DNA of 61,121 nucleotides from Syntrophaceae bacterium UBA1411 (GTDB lineage: Bacteria > Desulfobacterota > Syntrophia > Syntrophales > Smithellaceae), in the NCBI GenBank assembly GCA_002304995.1, contig DBPV01000097.1:7434-68554 (forward strand), in the 5' to 3' direction. Position 1 is the stretch's first letter. Each line of letters begins with the position of its first letter. Of the stretch, positions 16,828 to 27,337 are shown piece by piece. A program made the position numbers and the translations under genes. The notes beneath the pieces are model-generated. The model saw nothing but the letters and a program-made list of their open reading frames with translations, was not told the DNA's origin and ran no database searches.

Positions 16828-19814
16828 TTTTCTTGTCCTCCCAGAGTAATATTGAATTGTTCGGCCAGTGCGGAAACCGCTTTTCTGGCGTTTTCAAAAT
16901 CAAGATCCGCCAAAACGGCCTCCATCTGCCCGAAACGCTCATCGAGCCCCGCAGCGGTGAAGCTTTTTTTCAGCGACTCGAACTGAACCAAGGCTTTCAT
17001 GTCCTGGCGCACAAGCGCGCTGTAGAGGCCGCCCAAGGCGGCGGCGAGCGCATCGAGGTCGAGGGGTTCGGCTGACGGCGCGGCCTGCGGCGGATCGTCC
17101 GCGGGGCCGGGCAGCGCGCGGATGGACCGGCAAACGACGGAGATCTGCCCGGCCAGCACCTTCAGGGCGACCAGACTGTTGTCCCGGGCGCCTTCCCGGA
17201 GCGCTTTTTCCAGCCGTCCGGCGGCCTCGGCCACGTCGGCAAGCGACAGGTTGGCCGCGGCGCCTCTGACGGTATGCGCCTCGGCCGCGGCCCGGCTGTT
17301 GTCGTTTTGCTCCATGGCGCGGGCGATGTCGTCTTCCACCGTTTCATAATGGGCCACAAACGCGGTAAGCAGACGGCGGTAGAGCGCAGCATTGCCTTCT
17401 ACTCTTGCCAGGCCCCGGGCGATGTCGATGCCCGGCAGGAAATCCGGCAATGCGCCGGGGGCGGCAGGCGGCGTCTGTCCGGCGGAGGACGGGGGAGCTG
17501 CCGACGGCCGGGAGGCCAGCCATTTGACCAGGACGGACAGAAGCAAATCGATGTCGAGAGGTTTGGCAATATAGTCGTTCATTCCCGCCGCCAGACAGTC
17601 TTTTTTGGCCCGCACGCTGTTGTCCGCCGTCATGGCGACGATTGGGAGCCCCCGCAGGCGCTCGTCTTTGCGAATGCGCCGGGCGGTTTCCAAACCGCTC
17701 ATTTTCGGAAGCTGGACGTCCATCAAAACAAGGTCGCAGGGCGTTTCGCGAAGGCACGCCAGCGCTTCGGGGCCGTCGGAGACGATGTCGACCGCCAGAC
17801 CGATTTCATTTAAGATTTCCGCGGCCAGTTCCTGATTGATGGGATTATCCTCCACCAGCAGAACCCGGGCGCCCCGGAGGGCCTGATAGGCGCGGCGGCC
17901 GCGGCTCGGGTCCACGGCCCAGGAAAGAGCCTCGTCCGCTTCGGTCGGGCTGCCGTCGTTTTCCCGGGCCCGGGAAAATTCGATGGCGAAGGAAAAGGTG
18001 GTGCCTTCGCCCATCCGGCTTTCCACCTGGATGCGGCCGCCCATCATTTCCACCAGATGCTTGCAGATGGCCAGTCCCAGTCCCGTGCCGCCGAAACGCC
18101 GGGTAATCGTCGTGTCGGCCTGCGAAAAGGGCTTGAAGAGCTTGGCGAGATGTTCGGACGTCATGCCGATGCCCGTGTCTTCAACTGAAAATTTGATCAG
18201 ACAGTCGTCGGCGGTGACGTTCTGCGCCTCGGCGCAAAGATAAACATGGCCCGCGGACGTGAATTTGACGGCGTTGTTGACCAGGTTGAGCAGCACCTGA
18301 CCCAGGCGCAGGGGGTCGCCGACCAGCCGGTCGGGAACATCCTCGCCCACGGACGCTTTGAACACGATGCCCTTCTCTCCGGCTTTTAGGGCCGTCATGT
18401 CCGAGGTGTTGGCGATGATGTCGCGAAGGCTGAAGGGAACGGATTCCATTTCCATGTGCTGCGATTCGATCTTGGAGAAATCGAGCAGGTCGTCGATCAG
18501 CCGCAGGAGGTTGCGGGCGGATCCGGCGATGGTGTTTAAATAATTTCTGAGTTTGACGGGCAGGTCGTTTTGCAGCGCCAAATTTGTAAAACCGATGATG
18601 GCGTTCATCGGCGTGCGGATTTCATGGCTGATATTCGCCAGAAATTCGTTTTTGGACTGCGCCGTCTTTTCGGCCGCTTCCTTGGCGATGCGCAGTTCGT
18701 CGAGCCGCTTGCGCTCGGTGATGTCGCGGAGCAGGCCTTCGTAATACATGACCTTTCCTTCGGCGTCGCGGATGACGTGGGCATCCACGAGCGTGGTGAT
18801 GGGCGTTTTGTCTTTCCGGCGCGCGGCGTATTCAACATCCTTGGCGTAGCCCTGCCTGCCGATGAGGGAAAGCATCTCCCTGATTCTGGCCTGGTCGGAA
18901 TAGATGTCCCGCGGAGGATGATCGTAAATCCGCAGCATTTCGTCCACGGAGTCGTATCCCAGAATTTCCGCCAGCGCCGGATTGGCCATGAGCATCCGAC
19001 CGTCCGGCGCGATCTGAAAAATGCCCTCGTTGGCATTGTAAAAAACGTCCCGGTACCTGGCTTCCGTTTCCCGCAGAGCCATTTGCGAGAATTGCAGCTC
19101 GCGATAGCGGGCGTTGTTTTTTTCGACGATTTTTTCGACGGCCGCCTTGAGCGTCTGCATTTCCTGCGGCAGACGGATAAACGGCATGTACACGTTTTCC
19201 TGGGCTTCCGCTTCGCTGACGCGAAGGGCGTAATCCTCCATCCGCCGCAAGGGGCGGATTACGGTTTTGGCGAGCACGAGATACAGCGTCGCCATGAAAA
19301 TGCACAGGAAAAAGAGGAAATAAGCGGCTTCCGCAAGCAGGGGCCGCAGGAGCTCTTCCCGGCTGAAACGCAATGTGAGCCACACCTCCAGCTCTCCGAT
19401 GGCTTTTACTCCGGCGACAAGCGGGACGGCTTTGGCGATCAGGTCCCCCGCGGTCCGGTCAAAGTCGGCGGGAACCGCGCGCCCTTCGCGATCCCGGCTC
19501 ATGGCGATGATCGTCTGATGGGTGTCCCGGATGACGATGCCGGCGATCGTTTTGTCCTTCATGAAACTTCGAACCACAAGGTCGAGCGTTTCCCGGTCCT
19601 GGCGCGCCAGCGGCGAAGCGGCGGCGACGGAAAGCTGCGCGCAAATCGTGTTCAGGCTGGTCCGGAGCTTATTGGCGGCGTGGTCGTATTCGCGGTAGGC
19701 GTTCAACGCGCCGAAAACGACCGTCACGAGAACCGTTAATGCGGCCAGTGTGAGGAGAATAACGGTTTTCAGGGATTTTGCCGTGTGAGGAGCCTTTCTG
19801 TTGGTGATCGTCAT
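16824..19814 (-). CDS. Hybrid sensor histidine kinase (2TM-HAMP-PAS-HisKA-HATPase-REC-Hpt)
   Basis: FLANISHEIRTPMNAI, LVNNAVKFT, DTGIG, GGTGLGLAI, LVLMDVQLP, AHTVRGAAANL. Confidence 0.94.
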   Translation of the reverse strand: MTITNRKAPHTAKSLKTVILLTLAALTVLVTVVFGALNAYREYDHAANKLRTSLNTICAQLSVAAASPLARQDRETLDLVVRSFMKDKTIAGIVIRDTHQTIIAMSRDREGRAVPADFDRTAGDLIAKAVPLVAGVKAIGELEVWLTLRFSREELLRPLLAEAAYFLFFLCIFMATLYLVLAKTVIRPLRRMEDYALRVSEAEAQENVYMPFIRLPQEMQTLKAAVEKIVEKNNARYRELQFSQMALRETEARYRDVFYNANEGIFQIAPDGRMLMANPALAEILGYDSVDEMLRIYDHPPRDIYSDQARIREMLSLIGRQGYAKDVEYAARRKDKTPITTLVDAHVIRDAEGKVMYYEGLLRDITERKRLDELRIAKEAAEKTAQSKNEFLANISHEIRTPMNAIIGFTNLALQNDLPVKLRNYLNTIAGSARNLLRLIDDLLDFSKIESQHMEMESVPFSLRDIIANTSDMTALKAGEKGIVFKASVGEDVPDRLVGDPLRLGQVLLNLVNNAVKFTSAGHVYLCAEAQNVTADDCLIKFSVEDTGIGMTSEHLAKLFKPFSQADTTITRRFGGTGLGLAICKHLVEMMGGRIQVESRMGEGTTFSFAIEFSRARENDGSPTEADEALSWAVDPSRGRRAYQALRGARVLLVEDNPINQELAAEILNEIGLAVDIVSDGPEALACLRETPCDLVLMDVQLPKMSGLETARRIRKDERLRGLPIVAMTADNSVRAKKDCLAAGMNDYIAKPLDIDLLLSVLVKWLASRPSAAPPSSAGQTPPAAPGALPDFLPGIDIARGLARVEGNAALYRRLLTAFVAHYETVEDDIARAMEQNDNSRAAAEAHTVRGAAANLSLADVAEAAGRLEKALREGARDNSLVALKVLAGQISVVCRSIRALPGPADDPPQAAPSAEPLDLDALAAALGGLYSALVRQDMKALVQFESLKKSFTAAGLDERFGQMEAVLADLDFENARKAVSALAEQFNITLGGQEN

Positions 19815-19922
19815 TGATCATGCCTGCCCTACATCATCGATGAAATGTGGTGCCTGTTTTGGGCGCAACTATATGAAATTTATTTGACTCCGTCAATGCC
19901 GAAAAAAAACCGGCCGGTTTGT

Positions 19923-20975
19923 TCAGAGCCGGGTCATCGAGCCGCTGAGCTGTCCGCAGGCGGCCAGAATGTCGGACCCTTTGCTCTTGCGCAGCATGGC
20001 GGTGAAGTGACGGTCGAGCAGCACCTGCTGAAAGGCCGCAATGGTTGCCGGGGAGGGCGTTTTGTAGGGTGAGCCGGGGTATTCGTTGAAGGCGATCAGG
20101 TTGATCTTGCAGCGCTGGTCCGCAAGGAGCCGGGCGAGCTTTTGGGCGTCGGTCCGCGAGGCGTTGACGCCGTCTATGAGAATATACTCATACGTGAGCA
20201 TCCGGCGGCCCGGCATGGGATACTGTCGGCAGGCCTCCAGAAGCGTCGCCAGGGGGTATTTTCTGTTGACCGGCATGAGCCGGCTGCGGGTTTCATCGTC
20301 GTGGGCGTTTAGCGAAACGGCCAGGTTGATGCAGATGTCGCGGCCCAGCTGCACGATCTGCGGGGCAAGCCCGCAGGTGGAGACGGTGACCCGGCGGGAG
20401 GAAAAGCCCAGGCCGAAATCGCTTGTGAGGATCCGGATGGCCTTCACCGTATTGTCGTAGTTGGCGAGCGGCTCGCCCATGCCCATCAGAACAATGTTGC
20501 CCACGGCTGCTCCCTCGGGCGTTTCCTGCCGGATCGTCACGACCTGGCCTGCGATTTCCGCCGGCGTAAGCTGGCGCTTGAAGCCCTGGCGCGCCGTCAG
20601 GCAGAAGGAACAGCCCATCGCGCAGCCGGCCTGCGTGGAAATGCACAGCGTCCAGTGGTTCTTGCCCGGAATCAGCACGCTTTCGATAAAATGGCCGTCT
20701 TCGAGAGCCAGAAGGACTTTTTGCGTGCCGTCCTGCGATTTCTGAATTTTGGCGATGGACGGCCGGTAGAGCCGGGCCGTGCCGGCCAGCGTCTGACGGA
20801 AATCGCGGGCGAGCGTCGTCATGGCTTCGAAGGAAAGGCAGCCCGACTGGTGGAGCCACTTCATGATCTGGCGGGCGCGGTATTTTTCCTTGCCGGAGGC
20901 GGCAATAAAGTCTTCCAGCTCCGGGAGGGGAAAGTCCAGCAAATTGGGCAAAGCGTGTTGCACGGTCTCAGGCAT
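19923..20975 (-). CDS. rlmN: Dual-specificity 23S rRNA (A2503)/tRNA C2-methyltransferase, radical SAM
   Basis: [43 protein letters not shown]. Confidence 0.96.
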   Translation of the reverse strand: MPETVQHALPNLLDFPLPELEDFIAASGKEKYRARQIMKWLHQSGCLSFEAMTTLARDFRQTLAGTARLYRPSIAKIQKSQDGTQKVLLALEDGHFIESVLIPGKNHWTLCISTQAGCAMGCSFCLTARQGFKRQLTPAEIAGQVVTIRQETPEGAAVGNIVLMGMGEPLANYDNTVKAIRILTSDFGLGFSSRRVTVSTCGLAPQIVQLGRDICINLAVSLNAHDDETRSRLMPVNRKYPLATLLEACRQYPMPGRRMLTYEYILIDGVNASRTDAQKLARLLADQRCKINLIAFNEYPGSPYKTPSPATIAAFQQVLLDRHFTAMLRKSKGSDILAACGQLSGSMTRL

Positions 20976-22191
20976 CGATTTTTTTCTTCAGGTTTGCGGC
21001 AATGGCGTCAATGAAGCCTTCCGTGTTGACCTTCCGGTTGGTGGAGCGCTTTTCGGCCAGGAGGAGCAGATCGCCCGTCATCACGCCGCTTTCGACCGTG
21101 GCGAGGGCGGCCGCCTCCAGCGTGTCCGCGAAAGCGATGACCTCCGGCGTGCCGTCCAGCTCGCCGCGCTTGCGCAGGCCGCCGGTCCAGGCGAAAATCA
21201 GCGCCATCGAGTTGGAGGAGGTTTCCTCGCCCTTCAGGTGCTTGTAGTAGTGTTTCTGCACCGTGCCGTGCGCGGCTTCGTATTCGTACCAGCCGTGGGG
21301 CGACACCAGGACGGAGGTCATCATGGCCAGCGATCCGCTCGCGGACGCGATCATGTCCGACATCACGTCGCCGTCGTAGTTTTTGAGCGCCCAGAGCATT
21401 CCACCTTCCGTCTTCATGATACGCGCGACCGCGTCGTCGATGAGCGTAAAGAAGTATTCGATGCCCGCCCGGGCAAAACGGTCCTTCCAGTGTTCGGCAA
21501 ATTCGCGGTCAAAGACGTCGCGGAAGCCCGCGTCGTACTTTTTGGAGATCGTGTCCTTGGTGGAAAACCACACGTCGATCTTTTCGGAAAGCGCGTAGGT
21601 GAAGCAGGCCCGGGCGAAGCTCAGCATCGACGCCTCCAGGTTGGAGTTGACCTGGACGATGCCCGCCGAGGGAAAGTCCTTCACGAGTTCCCTCTGCGGC
21701 GGACCGCCGTCGGCCGGCGTGAAAACGACTTCCAGTCTGCCCGCGCCGGGAACGGTCATTTCGAAATTGTCGTAAACGTCGCCGTAGGCGTGGCGGCCGA
21801 TGGTAATCGGTTTTTTCCAGGCGGCGACGCCCGGCCGGATGTTGTTCACGAGGATCGGTTTGCGGAACACCGTGCCGTCGAGCATGGCGCGGATCGTGCC
21901 GTTGGGGCTTTTCCAGGCTTTCTTGAGGTTGTATTCCTTCACCCGGTCTTCGTTGGGCGTGATCGTGGCGCATTTGACGCCGACGCCGTATTTCTGAACG
22001 GCGCGGGCCGCGTCGGCCGTGACCCGGTCGTCCGTGTCGTCGCGGTGCTTGACGTGCAGATCGTAGTAGTCGATGTCCATGTCCAGATAGGGAAGGAGCA
22101 GCTTGTCTTTCACCATCTGCCACATGACGCGGGTCATTTCGTCTCCGTCCATTTCGACGAGGGGGGTTTTCACTTTGATTTTTGGGCTCAT
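20968..22191 (-). CDS. icd: NADP-dependent isocitrate dehydrogenase (eukaryote-like subfamily)
   Basis: [47 protein letters not shown]. Confidence 0.95.
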   Translation of the reverse strand: MSPKIKVKTPLVEMDGDEMTRVMWQMVKDKLLLPYLDMDIDYYDLHVKHRDDTDDRVTADAARAVQKYGVGVKCATITPNEDRVKEYNLKKAWKSPNGTIRAMLDGTVFRKPILVNNIRPGVAAWKKPITIGRHAYGDVYDNFEMTVPGAGRLEVVFTPADGGPPQRELVKDFPSAGIVQVNSNLEASMLSFARACFTYALSEKIDVWFSTKDTISKKYDAGFRDVFDREFAEHWKDRFARAGIEYFFTLIDDAVARIMKTEGGMLWALKNYDGDVMSDMIASASGSLAMMTSVLVSPHGWYEYEAAHGTVQKHYYKHLKGEETSSNSMALIFAWTGGLRKRGELDGTPEVIAFADTLEAAALATVESGVMTGDLLLLAEKRSTNRKVNTEGFIDAIAANLKKKIDA

Positions 22192-22223
22192 TGCGTTTTA
22201 CTCCATAGGGTGAAAATGCGGAA

Positions 22224-24158
22224 TTATTCCTGACGGCGGACGTTGAGGGCGCCGCCGGCCAGAATCATTTCTTTTTGCCTGGCCGACAGGCTCAGGCGCA
22301 AGGCGAAAGACGCGCCTTTGGTCCGATTGGCGACCGTCAGGATGTCGCTTTCGGCGACGGCCGTTCTCAGACCGGCGATTTCCAGTTCGTCGCCCGCATC
22401 GAGGGCGTCGTAGTCCTTTTCATCGACGAACGTAAGCGGCAGGATGCCGAAGTTGATCAAATTGGCGGCGTGGATTCTTTCCAGGGACTTGGCGAGGACC
22501 GCCCGCACGCCCAGGTACATCGGGCAGATGGCGGCATGCTCGCGCGACGAGCCCTGGCCGTAAGACAGACCGGCCACGATGATGTTGTGCCGGCCCGCTT
22601 CCTTGTTGGCCAGCGCACGGCGGGCAAACGCGGCGTCCACGTTTTCAAAAACGAATTCGGCGTACTTGGGAATGTTCGAGCGGTACTTCATCCGCGCGCC
22701 GGCGGGAATGATGTGGTCGGTCGTGATCTTATCGCCGACCTTGATCGTTACCGGACCGGCAAGCGTGTCGGGCAGCGGCGTGTTGACCGGCGGCTGGCCG
22801 ATGTTTGGGCCGCGGTAGATTTCCACGGTTCGCCCCGTGTCTTCCGGCCGCAGAATCAGACGGTCGTCGATGACCAGCCGTTCGGGCGCCGGCACGTCCG
22901 GGTAGTCCATTTCCAGGTCGCGCGGATCGGTGAAGCGGCCGGTGATGACCGCCGCCGCCGCCGTCTCGGGGCTTACCAGGTAAATGTCGGCGTCGAGCGT
23001 TCCCGACCGGCCGAGGAAATTCCGGTTGGAGGTGCGCAGCGAAACCGCGCCGGACGAGGGACTCTGGCTGTTGCCGATGCAGAAGCCGCAGGCATTTTCC
23101 ATAAGCCGCGCGCCGGAGGCGATCAGATCCGCCAGGTAGCCGTCGCGGGCGAGATTGTCGAGAACCTGCCGGGAGCCCGGCGCCAAAATGAAGCTGACGT
23201 CGGAATGCGCAATCCGGCCTTTGAGGATCCTGGCGACCGTCACCAGATCCTTGTAGGAAGAGTTGGTGCAGCTTCCCAGGCAGACCTGCTGGACAGGGAT
23301 GCCGGTGAGAGACCGGACCGCGGCGATGTTGTCGGGGCTGTGCGGTTTGGCGGCGAGCGGCTCAATCCGGGACAGGTCGATCGTCACGACGCGCGCGTAA
23401 GCTGCGTCGGCATCGGCGCTCAGGGGAACGAAGTGTGCCTCTCTGTCCTGCAGGCGCAGAAACCGGCGGGTCATCTCGTCGCTGGGAAACACGGAGGTCG
23501 TCACGCCGCATTCCGCTCCCATGTTGGTGATGGTGGCGCGCTCCGGGACGCTCAGCGTCGCTGCGCCCTGGCCGCCGTATTCGAAAACGGTTCCGACATT
23601 CCCTTTGGTGGAGAAAATTTCCAGCACTTTGAGGATGATGTCCTTGGCGGAAACCCAGGGTCGAAGCCGGCCTTCGAGGAGAATTTTCACCACGGACGGG
23701 CAGGCGAGGTAAAAGGGTTCTCCCGCCATCGCCTGCGCGACGTCGAGTCCGCCCGCGCCGATGGCGATCATGCCCAGCGCGCCGCAGGTAGGCGTGTGGC
23801 TGTCGGAGCCGATCAGTGTTTTGCCCGGCTGCCCGAAGCGCTCCAGGTGGACCTGGTGGCAGATTCCGTTGCCGGCGCGCGACAGCACGATGCCGAACTT
23901 TTGCGCGACGCTCATCAGGTACCGGTGATCGTCCGCGTTTTCAAAACCGATCTGAATCGTGTTGTGGTCGATGTAGCTGACGGACAGCTCCGTGCGGACC
24001 CGGGGGACGTTCATGGCTTCAAACTGCAGATAAGCCATGGTGCCCGTGGCGTCCTGGGTGAGGGTCTGGTCGATGCGGAGGCCGATTTCCTCGCCGGGCG
24101 CAAGCGTACCGCAAACCAGGTGCCCGGCGAGGATTTTTTCTACGATGTTTTTTCCCAT
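22224..24158 (-). CDS. Aconitate hydratase (aconitase superfamily, fused large and small domains)
   Basis: Start re-set to ATG 24158 (MGKNIVEK); QDATG, DHN, GICHQ, DSHT, GSCTN, CGFCIG, NRNF, TTDHI, YGQGSSREHA; adjacent to icd. Confidence 0.9.
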   Translation of the reverse strand: MGKNIVEKILAGHLVCGTLAPGEEIGLRIDQTLTQDATGTMAYLQFEAMNVPRVRTELSVSYIDHNTIQIGFENADDHRYLMSVAQKFGIVLSRAGNGICHQVHLERFGQPGKTLIGSDSHTPTCGALGMIAIGAGGLDVAQAMAGEPFYLACPSVVKILLEGRLRPWVSAKDIILKVLEIFSTKGNVGTVFEYGGQGAATLSVPERATITNMGAECGVTTSVFPSDEMTRRFLRLQDREAHFVPLSADADAAYARVVTIDLSRIEPLAAKPHSPDNIAAVRSLTGIPVQQVCLGSCTNSSYKDLVTVARILKGRIAHSDVSFILAPGSRQVLDNLARDGYLADLIASGARLMENACGFCIGNSQSPSSGAVSLRTSNRNFLGRSGTLDADIYLVSPETAAAAVITGRFTDPRDLEMDYPDVPAPERLVIDDRLILRPEDTGRTVEIYRGPNIGQPPVNTPLPDTLAGPVTIKVGDKITTDHIIPAGARMKYRSNIPKYAEFVFENVDAAFARRALANKEAGRHNIIVAGLSYGQGSSREHAAICPMYLGVRAVLAKSLERIHAANLINFGILPLTFVDEKDYDALDAGDELEIAGLRTAVAESDILTVANRTKGASFALRLSLSARQKEMILAGGALNVRRQE

Positions 24159-24189
24159 GAAGCTTTCCTTGCTGCAAAACCGGCCGGCG

Positions 24190-24912
24190 CTAATCCTTGG
24201 GCAGCAGAATGATCGCGATCCGGCGGTTCTTCGCCCGGCCTTCGGGCGTCGTGTTGTCCGCGATCGGCTGGTATTCGCCGAACGCCGTCGCCGAGAGAAC
24301 CGACGGATCGATGCCCTGCTGCTGCAGGTAGCGGGAGACGTTGATGGCGCGGGCCGCGGACAATTCCCAGTTGGTGGGATAAATCTTCGCGAGCTTCCCG
24401 GCAATCGGAACGTTGTCCGTATGGCCTTCAATGCGGATGTTTTTGTCTTTCACGTCCTTCAGAATTTCCACCACCCGGTCCAGGACTTCCAGGCCTTCCT
24501 TTTTGACTTTGGCTTCTCCGGAGGCAAAGAGGATTTTATCGACGACGTCCATCGTCAGCTTGCCTTTCAGCTCCTTGATGGTGATCTGCCCCTGGGCGAT
24601 TTCGGTTTTCATCTCCTTGAGCAGCTGCTGATAGGTGCTGCTGGCTTTTTCCTGTTCCTGGGTCTTTTTTGCGGCCCGGTCGAGGCTTTCCGCAAGGCGG
24701 GCTTTGTCGGCTTCCAGATCGGCCACTTTTCCCGTCAGGGACGTCACCTGCTCCGTGAGCCCCTTGTTTTGGGTTTCCAGAGAGGCGATCTGCTGCGTTA
24801 ACTGGTTTGTTTCATCGACTTTCTTCAGATACTTGCTTTCTGCAACCAGGCAGCCGCTGCACAAGAGCGCCAGGGTGAGAAGGCTGATACAGATCAACGC
24901 TGCTTTTTTCAT
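24190..24912 (-). CDS. OmpA/MotB C-terminal domain lipoprotein with a coiled-coil region
   Basis: Lipobox LCSGC; LFASG, IRIEGHTD, NWELSAARA, NRRI. Start 24912 after GGAGGA. Confidence 0.9.
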   Translation of the reverse strand: MKKAALICISLLTLALLCSGCLVAESKYLKKVDETNQLTQQIASLETQNKGLTEQVTSLTGKVADLEADKARLAESLDRAAKKTQEQEKASSTYQQLLKEMKTEIAQGQITIKELKGKLTMDVVDKILFASGEAKVKKEGLEVLDRVVEILKDVKDKNIRIEGHTDNVPIAGKLAKIYPTNWELSAARAINVSRYLQQQGIDPSVLSATAFGEYQPIADNTTPEGRAKNRRIAIILLPKD

Positions 24913-25034
24913 AACGTCCTCCTTCTTCAATGGATGTGTTACACGTTAGTCGTCTTTAATAGTAAACGATCAAACCGGCAGGATTGACTTCATATAATAA
25001 ACAAACGGCATAATCAACCGGCAAAAAAGCGTTT

Positions 25035-25063
25035 AAAAAAAACAAGGGGCGCCGGCGCCCCTT
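25035..25063 (-). terminator. Rho-independent terminator after the LysM-NlpC/P60 gene
   Basis: AAGGGGCG-CCGG-CGCCCCTT stem followed on the - strand by GTTTTTTTT. Confidence 0.75.
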
Positions 25064-25094
25064 GGAGGTAAACGGTTTGGAAAAGATTCCACTG

Positions 25095-26042
25095 CTACGT
25101 ACCGCCTTTTCCCTCCAGACCCTTCACGCGGACGGCCCGCTGAAAGCGCTTCTGAAAATAGGGCTGATCCAGGTTGTCGATGCGGACGGCTTTGCCTTTG
25201 TACGACGCATGGACAAATTCGTTGTTGCCGATGTAAATGCCCACGTGGCCGATCGGTTTCCGGGTGCGGAAAAACACCAGATCGCCTTCCACGAGTTCGT
25301 CGCGTTTCACCGGCATGCCGATATTGGACTGCTCCCGCGCGGTGCGGGGAAGCGAAATATCGAAGAATTCGTACATTTTCCGGACAAAAGCGGAGCAGTC
25401 GATGCCTTTGACCGTCGCGCCGCCCAGGCGGTACGGAGCGCCCAGAAAGCCGGTGGCGACCCGGATAAAGAGTTTTCTTTCATCCGCGCTGCCCCATGTG
25501 CCCAAAAGTTCGTCCGTGGATCTTTCTTCGCAGGCGATTTCTGAAGACGACTCGGCCAGGGCCTCTTCGTCCTCTTCATCCAGTAAATCCTCTTCCGGCG
25601 CGGCCGGCGCCTTGGCGGGCGGCTCCGATTTCGCTAAAATCAGCCTCTGGCCGGCGCGCAGGGTTTTTGTGGTGACGTTGTTCATCCGGGCGATCTGCAT
25701 GACGGGTACGCCGGTTTTTTGGGCGATGCTCGGTACGGTATCGCCCCTTTTGACCGTGTAATATTGCGCTGTTGCTTTTACTTTGGCGTCCCGGACGGCT
25801 GTCGGCTCTTTTTGCGAATCTTTTCCCGGGAGGGACAGTTTCTGTCCGGGTTTGACGGTGTTGGCCGTCAGGCGATTGGTCTTTTTGATGTCGTTGACGC
25901 TGACGCCTGTTTTTTTGGAAATGCTGTAAAGGCTGTCGCCTTTTTTGACCTGATAGGATGCGGCCCCGGCCGCGGCATTAAGAAAGAACAAAAGAAAAAA
26001 AACAAACAACCCCGATAATACGAATGATCGCCGTTGCATCAT
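25095..26042 (-). CDS. LysM x2 + NlpC/P60 peptidoglycan endopeptidase
   Basis: Signal peptide; YQVKKGDSL and YTVKRGDTV LysM repeats; GAPYRLGG...DCSAF, HVGIY, FVHAS. Confidence 0.93.
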   Translation of the reverse strand: MMQRRSFVLSGLFVFFLLFFLNAAAGAASYQVKKGDSLYSISKKTGVSVNDIKKTNRLTANTVKPGQKLSLPGKDSQKEPTAVRDAKVKATAQYYTVKRGDTVPSIAQKTGVPVMQIARMNNVTTKTLRAGQRLILAKSEPPAKAPAAPEEDLLDEEDEEALAESSSEIACEERSTDELLGTWGSADERKLFIRVATGFLGAPYRLGGATVKGIDCSAFVRKMYEFFDISLPRTAREQSNIGMPVKRDELVEGDLVFFRTRKPIGHVGIYIGNNEFVHASYKGKAVRIDNLDQPYFQKRFQRAVRVKGLEGKGGT

Positions 26043-26298
26043 GAAGCACCTCCTTGTTTTTTGAGGGGGGTCCCATTTTGTTAACGGTGCACAGATTCGG
26101 GCGGTCAGGCCGCCAAGGATATATTCACAAAGGATATTTTACTGCACACAGAAAACGAAGGTTCATCTCAAGTCCATGTCGCCTACTTCGTGTCGGCTAA
26201 CGCATACTAAAAATCAAAAAGCCTGTCAAATTTATTTTGCAATATTTTTGCAGGGGGTATAGGAAGCGACAACCGAAGAAAAACGGGAAGTAAGGATC

Positions 26299-27156
26299 AT
26301 GTTGGGATGGAAAAAAATAATAGGGTGGGCCGCGGCGGTCCTGCTGGCGCTTCTGGTGGTCGATATCGGCCGCTATTTCTTTTATCCGAACGTCGCCCGT
26401 CTGGCGACGGACCGCCCCGGTAAAACCGCTTTCATGGAATACCGGGAAGAGATGTGGCAGGACAAGGGCATCAAGAAAAAGATCGCCACGTCCTGGGTCC
26501 CCCTGTCCCAGGTGTCGCCTTATGTCGTGAAGGCGGTGATCATTGCGGAAGACGACAAGTTCTGGTCGCACGAAGGCTTCGATTTCGAAGCGATGCAAAA
26601 GGCGCTGGAAAAAGACCTCCGCAAGAAGAAGTTCAAGGCCGGCGGCAGCACCATTTCGCAGCAGCTGGCCAAAAATCTGTACCTCAGCCCGGCCAAGAAT
26701 CCCGTGCGCAAAATAAAGGAAGCGATCCTCACTTGGCGGATCGAGCGGCAGCTCAGCAAGAAAAGAATCATGGAGCTTTACTTGAACGTGGCCGAGTGGG
26801 GCGACGGACAATTCGGCGTCGGCCTGGCCGCCCGGAAGTATTACGGCAAGTCCGCGGCGTCGCTGGGGCCGCGCGAGGCTTCGGAACTCGCCGCTGCCTT
26901 GCCCAATCCGAAGCGCTTCAATCCCGATAAAAATTCCCGCTATGCGGCCGGCCGCGCGGAGCGGATCTACCAGATCATGGTGCGCCGCGGCATCGTCATC
27001 GAAGAATACGACGAGGTTTTGGCGGAAGAAGAAGTGAAACCCGCATCCGAAACGACGCCGGCAGGCGAGACGAACGCCGCGCCCGCCCCTGTGGCGGATC
27101 CGGCCGCGCCGGAAATCCCCGAGGGCGCCGGGCCGCCGCAGAATCCGCCGCAGTGA
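26299..27156 (+). CDS. mtgA: Monofunctional biosynthetic peptidoglycan transglycosylase
   Basis: AEDDKFWSHEGFD, GGSTISQQLAKNL, RKIKE, ELYLNVAEWG, LPNP. Confidence 0.93.
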   Translation: MLGWKKIIGWAAAVLLALLVVDIGRYFFYPNVARLATDRPGKTAFMEYREEMWQDKGIKKKIATSWVPLSQVSPYVVKAVIIAEDDKFWSHEGFDFEAMQKALEKDLRKKKFKAGGSTISQQLAKNLYLSPAKNPVRKIKEAILTWRIERQLSKKRIMELYLNVAEWGDGQFGVGLAARKYYGKSAASLGPREASELAAALPNPKRFNPDKNSRYAAGRAERIYQIMVRRGIVIEEYDEVLAEEEVKPASETTPAGETNAAPAPVADPAAPEIPEGAGPPQNPPQ

Positions 27157-27337
27157 TAAGGGCGGCAAGGCGTCCCGGACGATCGAAGAAGATCTTTTAA
27201 GCCGGGCGGGATGAGAATTTAACGGGCGGAGCGATTTTTTGTGCGATCGAAAGCGCGTTTCTGACAAGAGCGCCGCCCCTTGCAATGCCGGAGCCGTTGC
27301 GTTATACCGTTTGGGACAAAGGCGCCGGATTGGACCT

